From assembly GCA_964016885.1 (NCBI GenBank), contig OZ024740.1:58652001-58716000 (forward strand): a stretch of 64,000 nucleotides of DNA. Reading direction: 5' to 3'. Positions within the stretch are counted from its first letter, which is position 1. Each line of letters begins with the position of its first letter. Below are positions 12,520 to 25,604 of the stretch, piece after piece. A program made the translations under genes and the position numbers. The notes beneath the pieces are model-generated. The model had not been told where the DNA came from and did not search any database. It saw nothing but the letters and a program-made list of their open reading frames with translations. The DNA comes from Eledone cirrhosa. Lineage: Eukaryota.

Positions 12520-15500
12520 TATATTTTGTTATGCTGGCTAAATTATGCCCCAAATTTCGAGGACTGTATTTAAACTCTTAACCTCTGCTCCCTCCTACCT
12601 TCTCCCCCTCCTACATCATGCTGGTTCGCGCCCCCCCCCCCCCCTCTATCCCCATATATAAGATAAACCCTACAAGTACGAAAAAATCAGAACCGCCAAA
12701 TTCCTATTCCGGGATGGCTGCTTACATGGTATAATGTAACGTACAAATATTTCTTCATTCTTCTCACCATTTTAATTCCTTAGTCCATTCATTCTCTATC
12801 ATTTTTTCCCCGAATCCAATCTTTGCCTTTCTACTCGATACTCTGTCGTATTTTCCAAAACAAATCTTGTATTTTTACTTTATGCTTGTTAAATTATGCC
12901 CAAAATACGGGGATCTTATTTAAATCTTAACCTTCTCGCTAACTACCCAATATCCCACCCTCACGCACCACCATTATTACGTGGACCAATCATAAGTCAG
13001 AGGCCTATACTATCGCTTACCTGGTTGCCTTTCGATATGATGGATGGACTACGGAATTCTGGAGAGTTGAAAAGAAAGATCTGGATGCTCAGTGACAATG
13101 CCAAAGATAAAGACAAATTCACCTCGTGGACGAGAATGCAAGCACTCCTCTTTGTTTCAGCCGCGGATGGCTAACATAACCCCATCTCAGAGTCTGAAGA
13201 ATCTGGACACTCGGAGACAATGCCAAAGATAACGACAAATTCACTTCATGCTGCCGGACAAAAGGCCAAGGACTCCTCCTCTTTGTTTCGGCCGCGGATG
13301 GCCAACATAACCCCAACCCCATCCCTCACCCAAAACTTCAGAGTTGGTACCATGAATGTAGGCACCTTAAAAGGCCGCTCTAACGAGGTTGTAGAAATGC
13401 TTGAACGTAAGGAGGTTGATGTTTGCTGTATCCAAGAGACCAGGTGGAGGGGCGGGTCTGTTAGATTCATTGTGGGTAAAAAACGATGCTATGAGCTTTT
13501 CTGGGTGGGAAATGACAATGGGCTGGGTGGAGTAGGAATAATGGTAGCAGAAAAATGGGTGGATAAGATAATAGATGTAAATAGAGTGAATGACAGAATA
13601 ATTAAAATAAGACTTGTTCTAAATAGAACTACTGTGACAGTAATATCTGCGTACGCACCCCAATCCGAACTGCCTGGCGCTATAAAAGACAGATTCTATG
13701 AGACACTGATGCTCACTACCTCCCAAATAACCGACAGTTACTATATAATTATTGCTGGCGACCTAAATGGTCACGTTGGACAACATTGTGACGGCTATGA
13801 TGGAATCCATGGAGGCTATGGGTTTGGTACTAGAAATGAGGAAGGCTCCAGAATCCTGGAATTCTGTGACGCAAATAGCCTAACTATCTGTAACACTAAC
13901 TTCAAAAAACGAGACAATCACTTGATCACCTACAGATCAGGGGAACATACCAGCCAGGTAGATTATATCCTTACCAGAAGACGTGACAGAGTGTCTGTTG
14001 TAAACACTAAATCCCTCCCCCATGAAGAATGCACCTCCCAACATAGACTCATAATTAGGGACCTCATAGTCAGGACGAGACGTACTCAACAACAGAAGAG
14101 GACTATCCTCAGGAGAAAAATATGGAAGCTAAAGGACCTCACAGCCAGTAATATATTTAAAAGCATATTACTTGATGCTTTCGACAGTAAGGAAGAGCAA
14201 TTAGAGTCGTACAATATAGAGGAACACTGGGAATTCCTGAAAGCTAACCTGCTGAAGGCGACAGATGAAAACTGTGGCTGGAGCAGGCCTATAGGCAGGA
14301 GGAGAGTAACATGGTGGTGGAACAGTAAGGTGGAGGAGTCAATTAAGGCCAAAAAGCAGGCTTGGAAAGTATGGCGGGATGGGGGAAGTAGAGAAGACTA
14401 TCAAGTGGCCAGGAGGGAAGCTAGGAGACAAGTGTACTTCGCAAGAAGGGAAGCAGAGGAAAGAAAGTTCAAGCATGTTCTACAACGCGAGGACCAAAAA
14501 CGTGAGGTGTTCAGGATTGCTAGGCAATGTGTCAAGGAAAACAGTGATATTGGAGAAGTGTGTCCTAAATGATGATGGTGTACTTGCCATCACTGACGCT
14601 GATAAGAAGGTAGCTTGGAAGTGTCACTACGAAAGGCTACTAAATGAGGAGAATAATTGGGAGAAAGACGGTCTCCCCCACATCGATCCAATAGAGGGAC
14701 CAGCAGTGTTAGTTGAAGGTAGTATAATAAGTAAGGCGATCAAAGACATGAAGACGGGCAAGGCGGCCGGGCCTTCGGAAATAGTTGCCGAAATGCTGAA
14801 AGCATCTGGAACGGTGGGACACACTGGTCACCCGGATAGTGAACCAAGTCATACAGAATGGGGTCGTTCCGAAGGACTGGCGCAGCAGCAGCATCATCAT
14901 TAACTGCTACAAGGATAAAGGTGATGCTCTAGATAGGGGAAACTATAGAGGCATTAAATTAATTGACCAGGTCATGAAGGTCACAGAAAAAGTAATAGCG
15001 CAACTAATCAGAGAGCGAATTGATCTAGACGAAATGCAGTTCGGGTTTGTGTCAGGTAAAAGTACAACAGACGCTCTTTTCATTGTACGACAACTACAGG
15101 AGAAGTACCTAGCTAAAAGTAAACCCTATACTTAGCTTTTGTTCACTTGGAGAAAGCCTTTGACAGAGTACCCCGCTCAATTATCTGGTGGGCCCTTAGA
15201 AAACTAGGTGTTGATGAATGGCTTGTGAGAGCTATACAAGCCTTGTATAAAGAAACAGCCAGCAAGGTTAGAATTAACAACAAATATAGTGAAGAGTTTA
15301 GCGTCAAAGTTGGTGTTCATCAGGGCTCCATCCTTAGCCCCCTACTATTTATTATTGCCCTTCAGGCTATAACAGAGGAGTTCAAGACCGGCTGCCCATG
15401 GGAACTCCTATATGCAGATGATCTAACGCTCATAGCTGAATCAATGGCTGAACTAGAGAAAAAATTCCAAACATGGAAGCATGGCCTAGAATCAAAAGGC

Positions 15501-16734
15501 CTTAAAGTTAACTTGTCTTAGACTAAAGTTCTAGTTTGTAGGAAGGAAAATAGGGCGCCGGTCCCATCCGGGAAATGGCCATGCTCAGTGTGTAAGAAAG
15601 GAGTAGGTAGAAACTCCATTTTATGTCCCAAATGCAAAGTATGGGTGCATAAAAGATGTAGTGGGATCACAGGTAAGCTAACTAAGAACATAGATTTTAC
15701 ATGTGGCCGGTGCTCTGGTGCAATAAGTAGCAGCAAGTGCCCAAAAAATACTAGCTCCTTCAACTGCGCAGAGGGTTCTATAGAAATAGTGGACAGCTTC
15801 CGTTACCTGGGTGATAAAATCAGCAGTGGGGGAGGGTGCTCTGAAAGTACAGTAGCTAGGATCAGAACGGGATGGAAAAAGTTCAGAGAGCTTATACCAC
15901 TATTGGCCGCTAAAGGGTTCTCCCTAAAAATGAAGGGCAGGCTGTATGATGCCTGCATGCGAACAGCAATGTTACATTGCAGTGAGACCTGGGCATTGTG
16001 TGCAGAGGATATACGCAAACTAGAGAGGAACGAAGCTTGCATGCTCCGCTGGATGTGTAATAGTAACAAACGTGAACGGCAAAGCATAAACGTACTTAGG
16101 GAGAAATTATAAATAAGAGGGATCAGATGTTTACTCGAGAGAAGGCTACGTTGGTATGGTCACGTGATACGCATGAAAGACGACAGCTGTATAAAAAAGT
16201 GCAGGGCAATAAAAATAGACGGTAGCCACGGTGTAGGCAGACCCAGAAAAACATGGGACGACTTGATAAATTCCGACCTCACACACTTACACCTCTCCAA
16301 GGCAATGTCACTGGACCGAGAGCTTTGGCGCTACACAGTAATAGAGAAGACCCGCCTTACCTAAGTACAAAGTGAAACCTACTACAGTCAATAGGCACCT
16401 CTAACAAAATACACCCCCACCCCATCCACACCACCCCTTCAATGTAAAGTTATGTTGGTCTCACAACATCGAGCCCGAAACAAATGAGGTCGTGTAGGTG
16501 TCACGACAAAAAAAAACACAGTCCACACTGTCATGTGGCCGTGTAGGTAACACGGTAAAAACCTCCCAGTTCCACACTGTAAATGTGGTTGGTGTTAGGA
16601 AGGGCATCCAGCCGTAGAAAACCCGCCAGACAGTCCTATGCGAGCAAGACAACCACTCTTGCCTCAAGTGGGAAAACCCCCGTCCAAACCCATGCAAGAA
16701 TGGAATATGGACGTTAAACGATGATGATGATGAT
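12520..16734 (+). mobile_element. Near full-length RTE-clade LINE family B, frameshifted
   Basis: APE ORF 13220..14572 (GTMNVGTL, CIQETRW, SAYAPQ, GDLNGH, VDYIL), RT in pieces 14379-16112 (YADD ~15411-15422), PHD finger, C-terminus to 16364, 3' UTR, (TGA)n tail. The 5' boundary is approximate. Confidence 0.95.
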
Positions 16735-16973
16735 ACAATGTAAATGACAATCAAAGAGTGTTTAAAACATTTAATCACTTATGATCGTTTCATCCTAGCA
16801 CAAGGCCGGAATCATATTATGTATCCTCCTAATGTTCTTGTGACAACATTCTGATACTATATTTGTGTTTTACCTTTGTTATCTACTCTGATGATTCCGG
16901 CCTTGTGCTAGGATAAAACGATCGTAAGTGATTAAATGTTTTAAACTCTCTTTGAATATCATTTACATTGTAT
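16733..16973. repeat. Inverted repeat (arms 16733-16815 / 16891-16973): fold-back PLE terminus
   Basis: 83-bp arms are reverse complements with few mismatches; they contain a hammerhead motif. Confidence 0.9.
16884..16930 (+). ncRNA. Minimal type I hammerhead ribozyme (G12->A in this arm)
   Basis: tact-CUGAUGA-ttcc...ggat-aAAA-cgatcg-UA-agtg. The inverted arm retains GAAAC; stem III is the palindrome cgatcg. Confidence 0.65.
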
Positions 16974-17338
16974 TCGGCTCTGAGATATACTTGTTATTTT
17001 ATATTGGGCTATTTTTATACTTGTAATTGGGTAATATTTATTATTACCCACATTATATATATATATTTATATATAGCTGCAATTATATATATATATGTAT
17101 ATATATGTATAATAGAACATCTCCAAACATACTATATTGGACAACTTTCTGTCAGATATGTCTCCAGCATTATATAATTATTTCATTTGTCTGTAGGTTA
17201 CCATCTTTCCAACATACATTATGTATTCTGCCAACACACTTATTCAGAAATACATATAATAGCAGTATATCGAAATCATTAAAATGTTATGAAATAATAT
17301 CCTGTCTTCATTATCATTCACATCTATCTATGTATCTA

Positions 17339-17383
<45 letters not shown>

Positions 17384-17523
17384 TTAATATCAATTGAATT
17401 CTTACTCCAGAAATCTGTCGAGTGCTTTGAATCAGTTGTAAATATCTATATTTTTTGGATTCCCAATAAATTAAATATCTCTTATACATACATGTATATC
17501 TATCTATCTATCTATCTATATAT

Positions 17524-17558
<35 letters not shown>

Positions 17559-17640
17559 TTTCAAAAAATGTGAAGACTAAAATCCTAAGAGGGCTCAATA
17601 AGGATTATATATATAAATATATATAAAAACCGTAGAGGAA

Positions 17641-17785
17641 ATATTTATTAAAATAACAGATAAAAATTTAAGCAAAGAATCGCTGCTTTCACACATAACA
17701 GGATCTTCTGAGTGTCAGGAGATCCAGTTAAGGGTGAAAGCAGCGATTCTTTGCTGAAACTTTAATCTGTTATTTTAATAAATAT
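17641..17785. repeat. ~70-bp-arm hairpin with 3-nt loop; PLE-terminus-like family also at ~58825-58950
   Basis: Arms 17641-17711 / 17715-17785 are complementary. They contain accc/atcc-gttaa-gggt-GAAA, resembling hammerhead stem II + GAAA, but the core is non-canonical. Confidence 0.8.
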
Positions 17786-17790
17786 ATATA

Positions 17791-17852
17791 TGAGTTCAGA
17801 TCTAGCTGTTGAAACAGCTGGAGTTCAGCTGTCGAGGTCCTGACTCTCTTCA
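17791..17852 (+). ncRNA. 5'-truncated hammerhead remnant in (TA)n
   Basis: GAAA-cagctg-gagtt-cagctg-UC-gaggtcc: stem III with GUC triplet; compensatory changes relative to the 58191-58250 copy. Confidence 0.55.
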
Positions 17853-17859
17853 TATATAT

Positions 17860-18320
17860 ATGTTAAAAAGTGCAGGGCGATCAAAATTGATGGAAGCTAC
17901 GGAGTAGGTAGACCCAGAAAGACCTGGGCCAAGGTGATAAAAGCTGACGTTGCACACTTGAACTTCTCTAAGACAATGACACAGGATCAAGATCTTTGGC
18001 GCTATGCAGTAATACAGAAGACCCGCCTTCCCTTGTGCATGGAATTAAACATACACTCAGTAGGCACCTCTTAATCCACTATATACCCCCACACCACCCT
18101 TACTCTGTAAAGTTATGTTGGTACCACAAAACTTCCAGCCCACTCTGTAAAGTGGTTGTGTAGGTGTCACGACAAAAGGCACCCAGTCCACACTGTAAAT
18201 GTGGTTGGTGTTAGGGCGTTTGGAAGGGCATCTAGCTGTAGAAAACCAGCCAGAAACAGTCCTATATGAGTGAGACACGGTCACCCAACCAAACTTGTTG
18301 ATTAGTGTAGGTAGCACCAA
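17860..18320 (+). mobile_element. Decayed RTE 3' fragment (A/B-like)
   Basis: KKCRAIKIDGSYGVGRPRKTW...DLWRYAVIQKTR followed by UTR modules. Confidence 0.85.
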
Positions 18321-18609
18321 CATCTATATATGTGTGTGTGTGTAATAAATATCTGTTGGTGTGAAGGGGGAGAAAGGAAAGCAGTGCTCAATCAGGTATG
18401 AAAGCTGATATATTATTTATTTATGTTCATACATAGAACAAGGCCCAATATTGACCATATCTTCAGATTGTAAGAGGGATCAAATTTGGGACCTATTCTT
18501 CAGGCGCTTAGATGAGTTTGAAGATACTGTTAAAAATATAGCGCATTAAAATGCTTGTTTATGAAAACATAGTATAACAAAGAAAGATTTTCTGTCATAC
18601 AAAAAAAAT

Positions 18610-19095
18610 GGCATTTATTTTGAGCGAAGTTAATTTTTAGCAAAGTCATTTTGAGAGAAGTTATTTTGAATGAAACATTAAGAGCAAAAGTTCATTTCAG
18701 CAAAGATCAATTTTAAATTTTAAGCGAAATATATACAATTTTTATTCTTTCTAGAATTAATTTTTTCGATTTTAAACATTGGGAAATTTTAGTTTTTTCT
18801 ACCATAAAATGTGTCAATGTTTAATAATTTTTTATTTACCTGTGTAAATAAATTTTGTACAAATAATAACACGTGAAGGTGTTATTATTTATACAAAAAA
18901 AAAAAAATTGTAGATTTCTAATATATTTTTATTTTTATCAACCTTGCTCAAAGCGTCTTTAAATAAAAGTTTGACTTTCGCTCAAACTGACATTGCTCAA
19001 ATGCATCATTCAAAGGCATCATTCAAAATGCACATAATTTTAACTTCACTCAAAATGACTTTGCTCAACTTGACTTCACTCAAACAACTGGACAC
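18610..19095. mobile_element. Probable non-autonomous DNA transposon with inverted subterminal repeat arrays
   Basis: Short repeats ttttgagc(g/a)aagt at ~18615-18730 are mirrored by actttgctcaaaa at ~18940-19085; internal palindrome around 18857-18897. Exact termini unclear. Confidence 0.45.
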
Positions 19096-19789
19096 GAAAA
19101 GAATGCAATGGTTTTCTTGATTCAATATAAAATTTTGTGACATTGTAAAAGATATCTTTAGAGTAGATTTTCTGTTTTAATTTTCCTTTTAGTATTGAAT
19201 ATCCATTTCGCAAATAATATATGTGTGTAATTCTAATGCCATATATATTAAATCCTTGTAATTTTGCTTTAAAAAAAAAAGTTACATTTTATTACATATG
19301 ACAAGCATTTTTAGTATATATTGAAAACTTCCAATAACTCATTAAATAATTTTTCTTGGAAAGATTTCAAATAATATAGTTTTAGAGATGTTAGCATAGA
19401 TAAACACATACATATGTATATACACACACATATTTATACATATACACACATTCATACATACGTACACATATATTCCTTCATATATCATACATACATATTC
19501 ATACGCACTCACACATGTGAATATATACATACACACATACATTTACATACATATGTACAAATACATACACTGACAACTCAGTTATGTTAACAAAAAACAG
19601 TAGCTACCTCTCAGCAGTAATTATCCAATAATTATTTTAATTATAAAAGCTTAATCCGTTCATTACTATATTTCTAATGAAAGTTGCTGTCAATGATTTT
19701 TAATTTATTTTGAAAATAATCGAGAATTTGAAGCAATTTAGTAATATAACTAACTTCCTCATTGAGCCTAACTTAAAGTTCCATTATCA

Positions 19790-20175
19790 TCAACATCACT
19801 GTTTTATTTCCATTCTTCCACGCTAGCATGGGTTAGACGAGTTGTCCTGTCGTGGTCAATGCCAGGTCGGGTGACCATGTCTTGCTCATACAGAACTGAT
19901 TCTGGCTTGATTTCTACAGCTGGATGCCCTTCCTAATGCCAACTTCATTTACAGTGAGGACTGGGGGCTCTTCCTAATGCCAACCTCATTTACAGTGAGT
20001 ACTGGGTGCTCTTTTACCGTAGCGCCTACACAATCATTTTACAGTGTGGGCTGGGTGCTTTTTTGTTGTGACACCTACATGACCACTTTACAGCGTGGAC
20101 TGGGTGCTTTTTTGACATGACACCTGCACGACCACTTTACAGTGGGAGGGTGGGCATACTGTCTATAGCTTCAGC
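19790..20175 (-). mobile_element. RTE family A-like 3' UTR fragment with ~4 tandem UTR modules
   Basis: Matches 8782-9080; repeated tttacagtg...ctgggtgctttt...cacctac. Confidence 0.85.
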
Positions 20176-20224
20176 TTCGGTTTATACCCGAATATAAATA
20201 TAATTATGATGGAAGGTTTTTACA

Positions 20225-20767
20225 TAGATATAAAAAAGTGCAAGGCACTCAAAGTTGATGGTAGCTATGGAGTAGGAAGACTTAGGATGAGGTGATAAAG
20301 GCTGACCTTGCACAATTGCACCTCTCAAAGACAATAACTCAGAATCGAGATCTCTTGCATTATGCAGTAATACAGAAGACCTGCCTTCCTATATGCACAG
20401 GTTGACGCACACATTCAGTATGCACTCATTTCTCCTACCTTTCCCAGCCACGTCCTAACACCCTACTGCTCATTTGATGAGTCCCCTATCCCTAGATCTA
20501 CTTCTCTCATCCCCATGCACCTTCCCCACCACAACCCTCAATCCACTCTGTAAAGTGGTTGTTTTGGTGCCACGACAAAAAGCACCCAGTTCACACTGCA
20601 AATATGGTTGGTGTTAGGAAGGGCATCCAGCTGTAGAAACCAAGCTAAAGTCAGTTCTGTATGAATAAGGCATAATAATCTGATCTGGCTTATCTCACAA
20701 TAGGACAACTCATCTAACCCATGCTAGCGTGGAAAAATGGACATTAAATTTTGATGATGATGATGAT
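20225..20767 (+). mobile_element. Decayed RTE 3' fragment with (TGA)n tail
   Basis: C-terminal coding remnant, UTR module, ggtgttaggaagggcatccagctg motif, tail. Confidence 0.85.
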
Positions 20768-21096
20768 ATCAACAATTTAAAACAAATCGAACCAGGGGCA
20801 ATTTAAAGCAGTTTGGTATTAAAAATAAGTGAAATTTCAATAATTACAGCTTTATAAAAAATGCTTTGAGAAGCCAGCCAAATATTTTAACATACATAAT
20901 ATACTCATGTAGTTGGGGGTTTTCATTTCAGTTACACATTCTGTTGCACATAGTTTATACTATGGCTCTCTCTCTCTCCACTTATGATAGTTGTAGCTAG
21001 CTAAAACTATGTAACCATGCCAGCAAGTGTAAACAGATATTTAACATATATTTTATACATGAAACTGTGTGAGTTTCTACATGTATGGATATGCAT

Positions 21097-21151
<55 letters not shown>

Positions 21152-21199
21152 ATGGAATACTGTTAGCTTCTCGCTACAACAATTTCTATACCTTTCATT

Positions 21200-21238
<39 letters not shown>

Positions 21239-21433
21239 AGTAAAAAAAAAATTGATATTTTTTTAAAGCCGGTACAATGTAGCAAAAAAATAATATGGGA
21301 AAATGATGACAAATAAAACAAAACAAGGTAATGTTTTACCCAGTGTATTTTAGTTGCATTTTGCCCATGACTGTCTTAAATCCTAATGGAGTTGTAGGGG
21401 TGCCATTGTAACATACAGTGTGTCATGGGCATT

Positions 21434-21636
21434 TTAACTCTTGTCATCCTGTAATGATTTAACAGAAAATATCTAAAAGCATGTTTATTGATTCAAATGT
21501 TTACAGTATCTTTACTAGTGGACAGATTACTCGTAGCATTAGAATAATTGATATGATGCAGTCATTGTGCTGTACTATACTCTTCAAGAATGTCTTGCTA
21601 ATGCGGTTTCATGTGGTACAGGAGGTTACGAGTTAA
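21434..21636. mobile_element. TTAA-flanked MITE family M2 (piggyBac-like), ~200 bp
   Basis: Imperfect TIRs ttaactcttgtcatcctgta / tacaggaggttacgagttaa. Other copies at ~8475-8745, ~29028-29100 (deleted), ~29700-29900 (-). Confidence 0.65.
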
Positions 21637-22937
21637 ACCTGTCAGTGCTCACCTCTCAACAGGTTTTACAATAGCTGATTTATTCCTGAGAGATAGGGAG
21701 GGTGAGGGGAGAATAATCAACTCCAGGTTTGGATTGGACTCGCATTTTATTTATCAATAGCAAAAGAATAAAAAGAGAAATTGACTTGGGCATGATTTGA
21801 ACTCAAAGCACAGAGAACCAGAATGAATACTGCAAAGCATTTTACTTATTATGTTCTGGTTCTTCCAGTTTGTTGCCTGTATATATTTCTGTATGTGTGT
21901 GTGTGTGTAAATGATGATGATGATGATGATATATTCATTGGAAACCTGGTTAATTGATTAATTATTTTATATAAAATACAATATATATTGAGTAATTTGA
22001 AAATTTTAATGCCGACATACCTACAAACTTGTAAATTATAAGCCTCACGATGAAGTTTAATTAAATGTAAACAATTTTGTATCCTTCTAGAGACATGAAA
22101 ATATTGGTATTGCTCTTGCTAGTTTAATTTATACTTAGAAATTCATCAGAGAACAAGTGACCTCAATTTCTATTTATGGAGAGGTTGAAAGCTTATAGGA
22201 GTATGTTGTATACTAAATGCATGGTTATGTAAATTAGAGTGACCATTTCTGCTGAGTTCTGGTTTGTGCTTAATATAAGTAGCTGTAAGTTATTAATCTT
22301 TGCAAGGATAAAAACTAGAGGCACTTGTTTCCAGGTTAGAGCCATCCCAGTATTTTTCTGTCCACAGAGAAATATAAAGAAAATGTGTTTACATTTTGTA
22401 GTGAGGTTTTTAATTTTGAAATTGTAGGTATACTTTCATTAAAAACATTTTCAGATTATCCATATGCTTTGTTGTGCATAAAATAATTACTTAAACACTA
22501 TAAGTAATTTTTAACCATCTTCTAGTTAGTTTTTCAAATTTACTGATCTTGCTATGAAACCTGTTCAACATTATCATAATCATCATCATCGTCATTTTGT
22601 GTTCACTTTCAATGATTGCACGGGTTGGAAGGATTGTTACAGTGGGATTCAGGTCTTATACAGAGTTACTATCTTTCTAGAAGGACCATTCTCACTCACC
22701 ATACTATTTTGGCATAGATTTTTTTCCTAAACACCAAGCCTTTTACACAGTGTACAGTAGTAGAGTGCTTGCTATATTTTTTTTAACAAGACTAAAATGT
22801 TGTCTCTACCCTATACTATCTCTGTCAAATGCTAACTACTTTTTATCATGACACTAGCAACAGAAAAGTTGTCTTGTCTCTTGCAATGCTAAAGATTCCT
22901 CTCCACCTTATGTAACCTGCATTCATTTGTGGTAAAT

Positions 22938-23546
22938 CATCATCATCATCATCGTTTAACGTCCATCTTCCACGCTTGCATGGGTTTGGACGGGAGTTTT
23001 CCCACTCGAGGCAAGATTTGTTGTCCTGCTCGTATAGGACTGTCTGGCGGGTTTTCTACGGCTGGATGCCCTTCCTAACAGCAACCACATTTACAGTGTG
23101 GGTCTGGGAGGTTTTTACCGTGTTGCCTACACGGCCACATTACAGCGTGGACTGTGTGTTTTTTTTGTTGTGACGCTTACACGATCTCATTTGTTTCGGA
23201 CTGGATGTTGTGGTACCAACATAACTTTACATTGAAAGGGGTGGTGTGGATGGGGTGGGGGTAGTGGGACGGGGGTGTATTTTTGTTAGAGGTGCCTACT
23301 GACTGTAGTAGGTTTCACTTTGTACTTAGGTAAGGCGGGTCTTCTATATTACTGTGTAGCGCCAAAGATCACGGTCCAGTGACATTGTCTTGGAGAGGTG
23401 TAAGTGTGTGAGGTCGGAATTTATCAAGTCGTCCCAGGTTTTTCTGGGACGTGCTACCGTCTATTTTTATTGCCCTGCACTTTTTTATACAGCTGTCGTC
23501 TTTCATGCGCATCACGTGACCATACCAACGTAGTCTTCTCTCGAGT
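22938..23546 (-). mobile_element. RTE family B 3' fragment
   Basis: Near-identical reverse complement of ~16132-16734, including the tail. Confidence 0.95.
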
Positions 23547-23549
23547 ATG

Positions 23550-24260
23550 TGATGATGAATGTGATTAGTGATGGCTAAGAAGCTGGAAAAGGAAAAAATG
23601 TAAATATGAGTGTAAAGCAAGAACTGGAGTGATGGAATGAAAGGAGAGGGAGAGATTAAGTCAGTAGCTGTATAGTTGTTGGTAGGAGCTTTAATAGAAA
23701 AACCCACACTTTAATAATGTTAGGGTAGGGATGTATTATGTATGGTAGGAGGGAGCAAGTGATGGATAGATAGCAACAGAAAAGTGTGATGAAAACTGAG
23801 GGTTGTACGTGACAGCTAAGATTCTCAAGGGAGAGTGTGTGATGACTGGGGGTTAACTTTAGAGGGTGACAGTATTGAATATTTATATGAATAGAAATTC
23901 ATATAAATATCAACAGATGTGGGTAGTAGTAAATAAGAGAGACAAATGTCAATTAATAGTCTAGTGGGGGAGGGATAATGCTGGTTGTCAGCAAAGGAAA
24001 GATATCCTGAATATGAACAGTTGCTACCATCCCTCATTACACAGATAACATGATGAGATTTCAGTAGAGTGGAGAGAGGTGATGGTGAAACAAAGATAGA
24101 GTTATGGTTGTAAAAAGACATGGAGTAGGGATTGAATGCAAATACATTAAATGTCCTCAGTTGTTACTCAGTTGAGAAGGAATAATGGTGAGTACAGATG
24201 TGTGGGTAGGGAAGAGGCCAGTTCATGGATTTAGTCTTCACTTTAACCTGACTAATCATG
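23550..24260 (-). mobile_element. Highly decayed Penelope-like RT fragment
   Basis: Minus-strand remnants such as RDG..YLSFADNQHYPSPT.LL, NNYTATDL and FIPSLQF..THI..FS.SSFLAI follow the motif order of PLE RT. Confidence 0.5.
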
Positions 24261-24377
24261 TTGTAACTAACCTCAGTAACAGAGCCTATGTTATTTCACA
24301 TTTCTTATCCGTCCCTACTGGTTATATTTATTTTTAATCAAAGATCTAAGGTTTGTAGATATTATTAGAATGTGCCT

Positions 24378-24591
24378 TTAACACTTTAGGATTTTCATTA
24401 CTCTATATTTACTATTATATTTTATCTCACATAATTATCTCCCATAATATTGAATCTATGAGATTTTGATATTATTTATTTTGAGAACAATACCATAACA
24501 TAAGTATGAGCAGCCGGTTACAGCTGGTTTAAACAAAAAGAGGTGAGAGAATTCTGGCCGGATATGGCTAGTTTAAATGCTAAAGGGTTAA
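24378..24591 (+). mobile_element. TTAA-flanked MITE family M1
   Basis: ttaacactttagga...tttaaatgctaaagggttaa. Confidence 0.8.
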
Positions 24592-24599
24592 AATATTAT

Positions 24600-25128
24600 A
24601 GTATTAAACAATACAAACATTAACTGAATGAGCACTTAATACTGATACACACCCCCTGATACACTTCTCCTGGCCACCCAGACATACAAGCATGGAAAGC
24701 TGGACACACTCTGCACCTGCTCTTCCACAGTCCTGCTGCACTGCCACAACCTAAAGCACTTAGTTCATCCTGTAATGTGGTTATGTGGGTGACACAACAA
24801 AAAACATTCTGCCCTGTAAGATAATCATGCCGGTGACACAACAAAAAGCATTCAATCTACCCTGTAGGTTGTCATGCTGGTACCATGGTGATAAAGCACC
24901 CAGTTCACACTGTCAGATAGTCATTTTGGTGCCATGATAAAAAGCACCCAGTCCACACTAAATGGGATTGGTTTTAGGAAGGGCATCCAGCCATAGAAAC
25001 TGAGCCAGAAACAGTTCCATATGAGCAAGACATGGTCACTTGAGCTGACTTGTCTCATAATGTGACAAGCATCTAACCCATGCAAGCATGGAAAATAGAT
25101 GTCAAATAGGGATGATGATGATGATGAT
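24600..25128 (+). mobile_element. RTE 3' UTR fragment with multiple tandem modules and (TGA)n tail
   Basis: 4-5 decayed modules, ggaagggcatccagcc motif, tail. Confidence 0.8.
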
Positions 25129-25604
25129 GCAAAGTGACAGTGACGTGGATGTTGCAGCTTAGTTATGAGCTTATAAATACTATTAAATGATTCACCTGCC
25201 TAAATATTGTAGCTCCTCTCAAAGAATATGTCTATAACTTACAGACCAAAGGAATATTAAGTGAGTAGTGAGAAACATTCAGATGGGAAAATATGAATCT
25301 CAAAACAGACAACAAATTCTGAAATGACAAGAAGACCCTTCAGACAACAAAATAATTATTAATACTTATTCTAGGTGGAATCTGTTTTAGTTATGTCTAC
25401 TGCTAAAAGGAAATAATGTGTACATACTGGGAATAGCAACACACTGACAGAATTAATAATCAAATTAATATTTTTGTTATTAATCTAAGAGGCCTCCAAA
25501 AGTGTTTAGCTGAAAACGAGCATAGTATCATGTGTTGTCTACAACAACAAGTCTTTTAAGGCTCTCCCCTTCCCCTACACACTAAATCAGGGGTTAGTCT
25601 TGCA

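Noticed and set aside
18437-18549. Coding-looking EQGPILTISSDCKRDQIWDLFFRRLDEFEDTVKNIAH*
   Set aside because: Unrecognised; the nearest upstream donor would give an intron of only ~41 nt.
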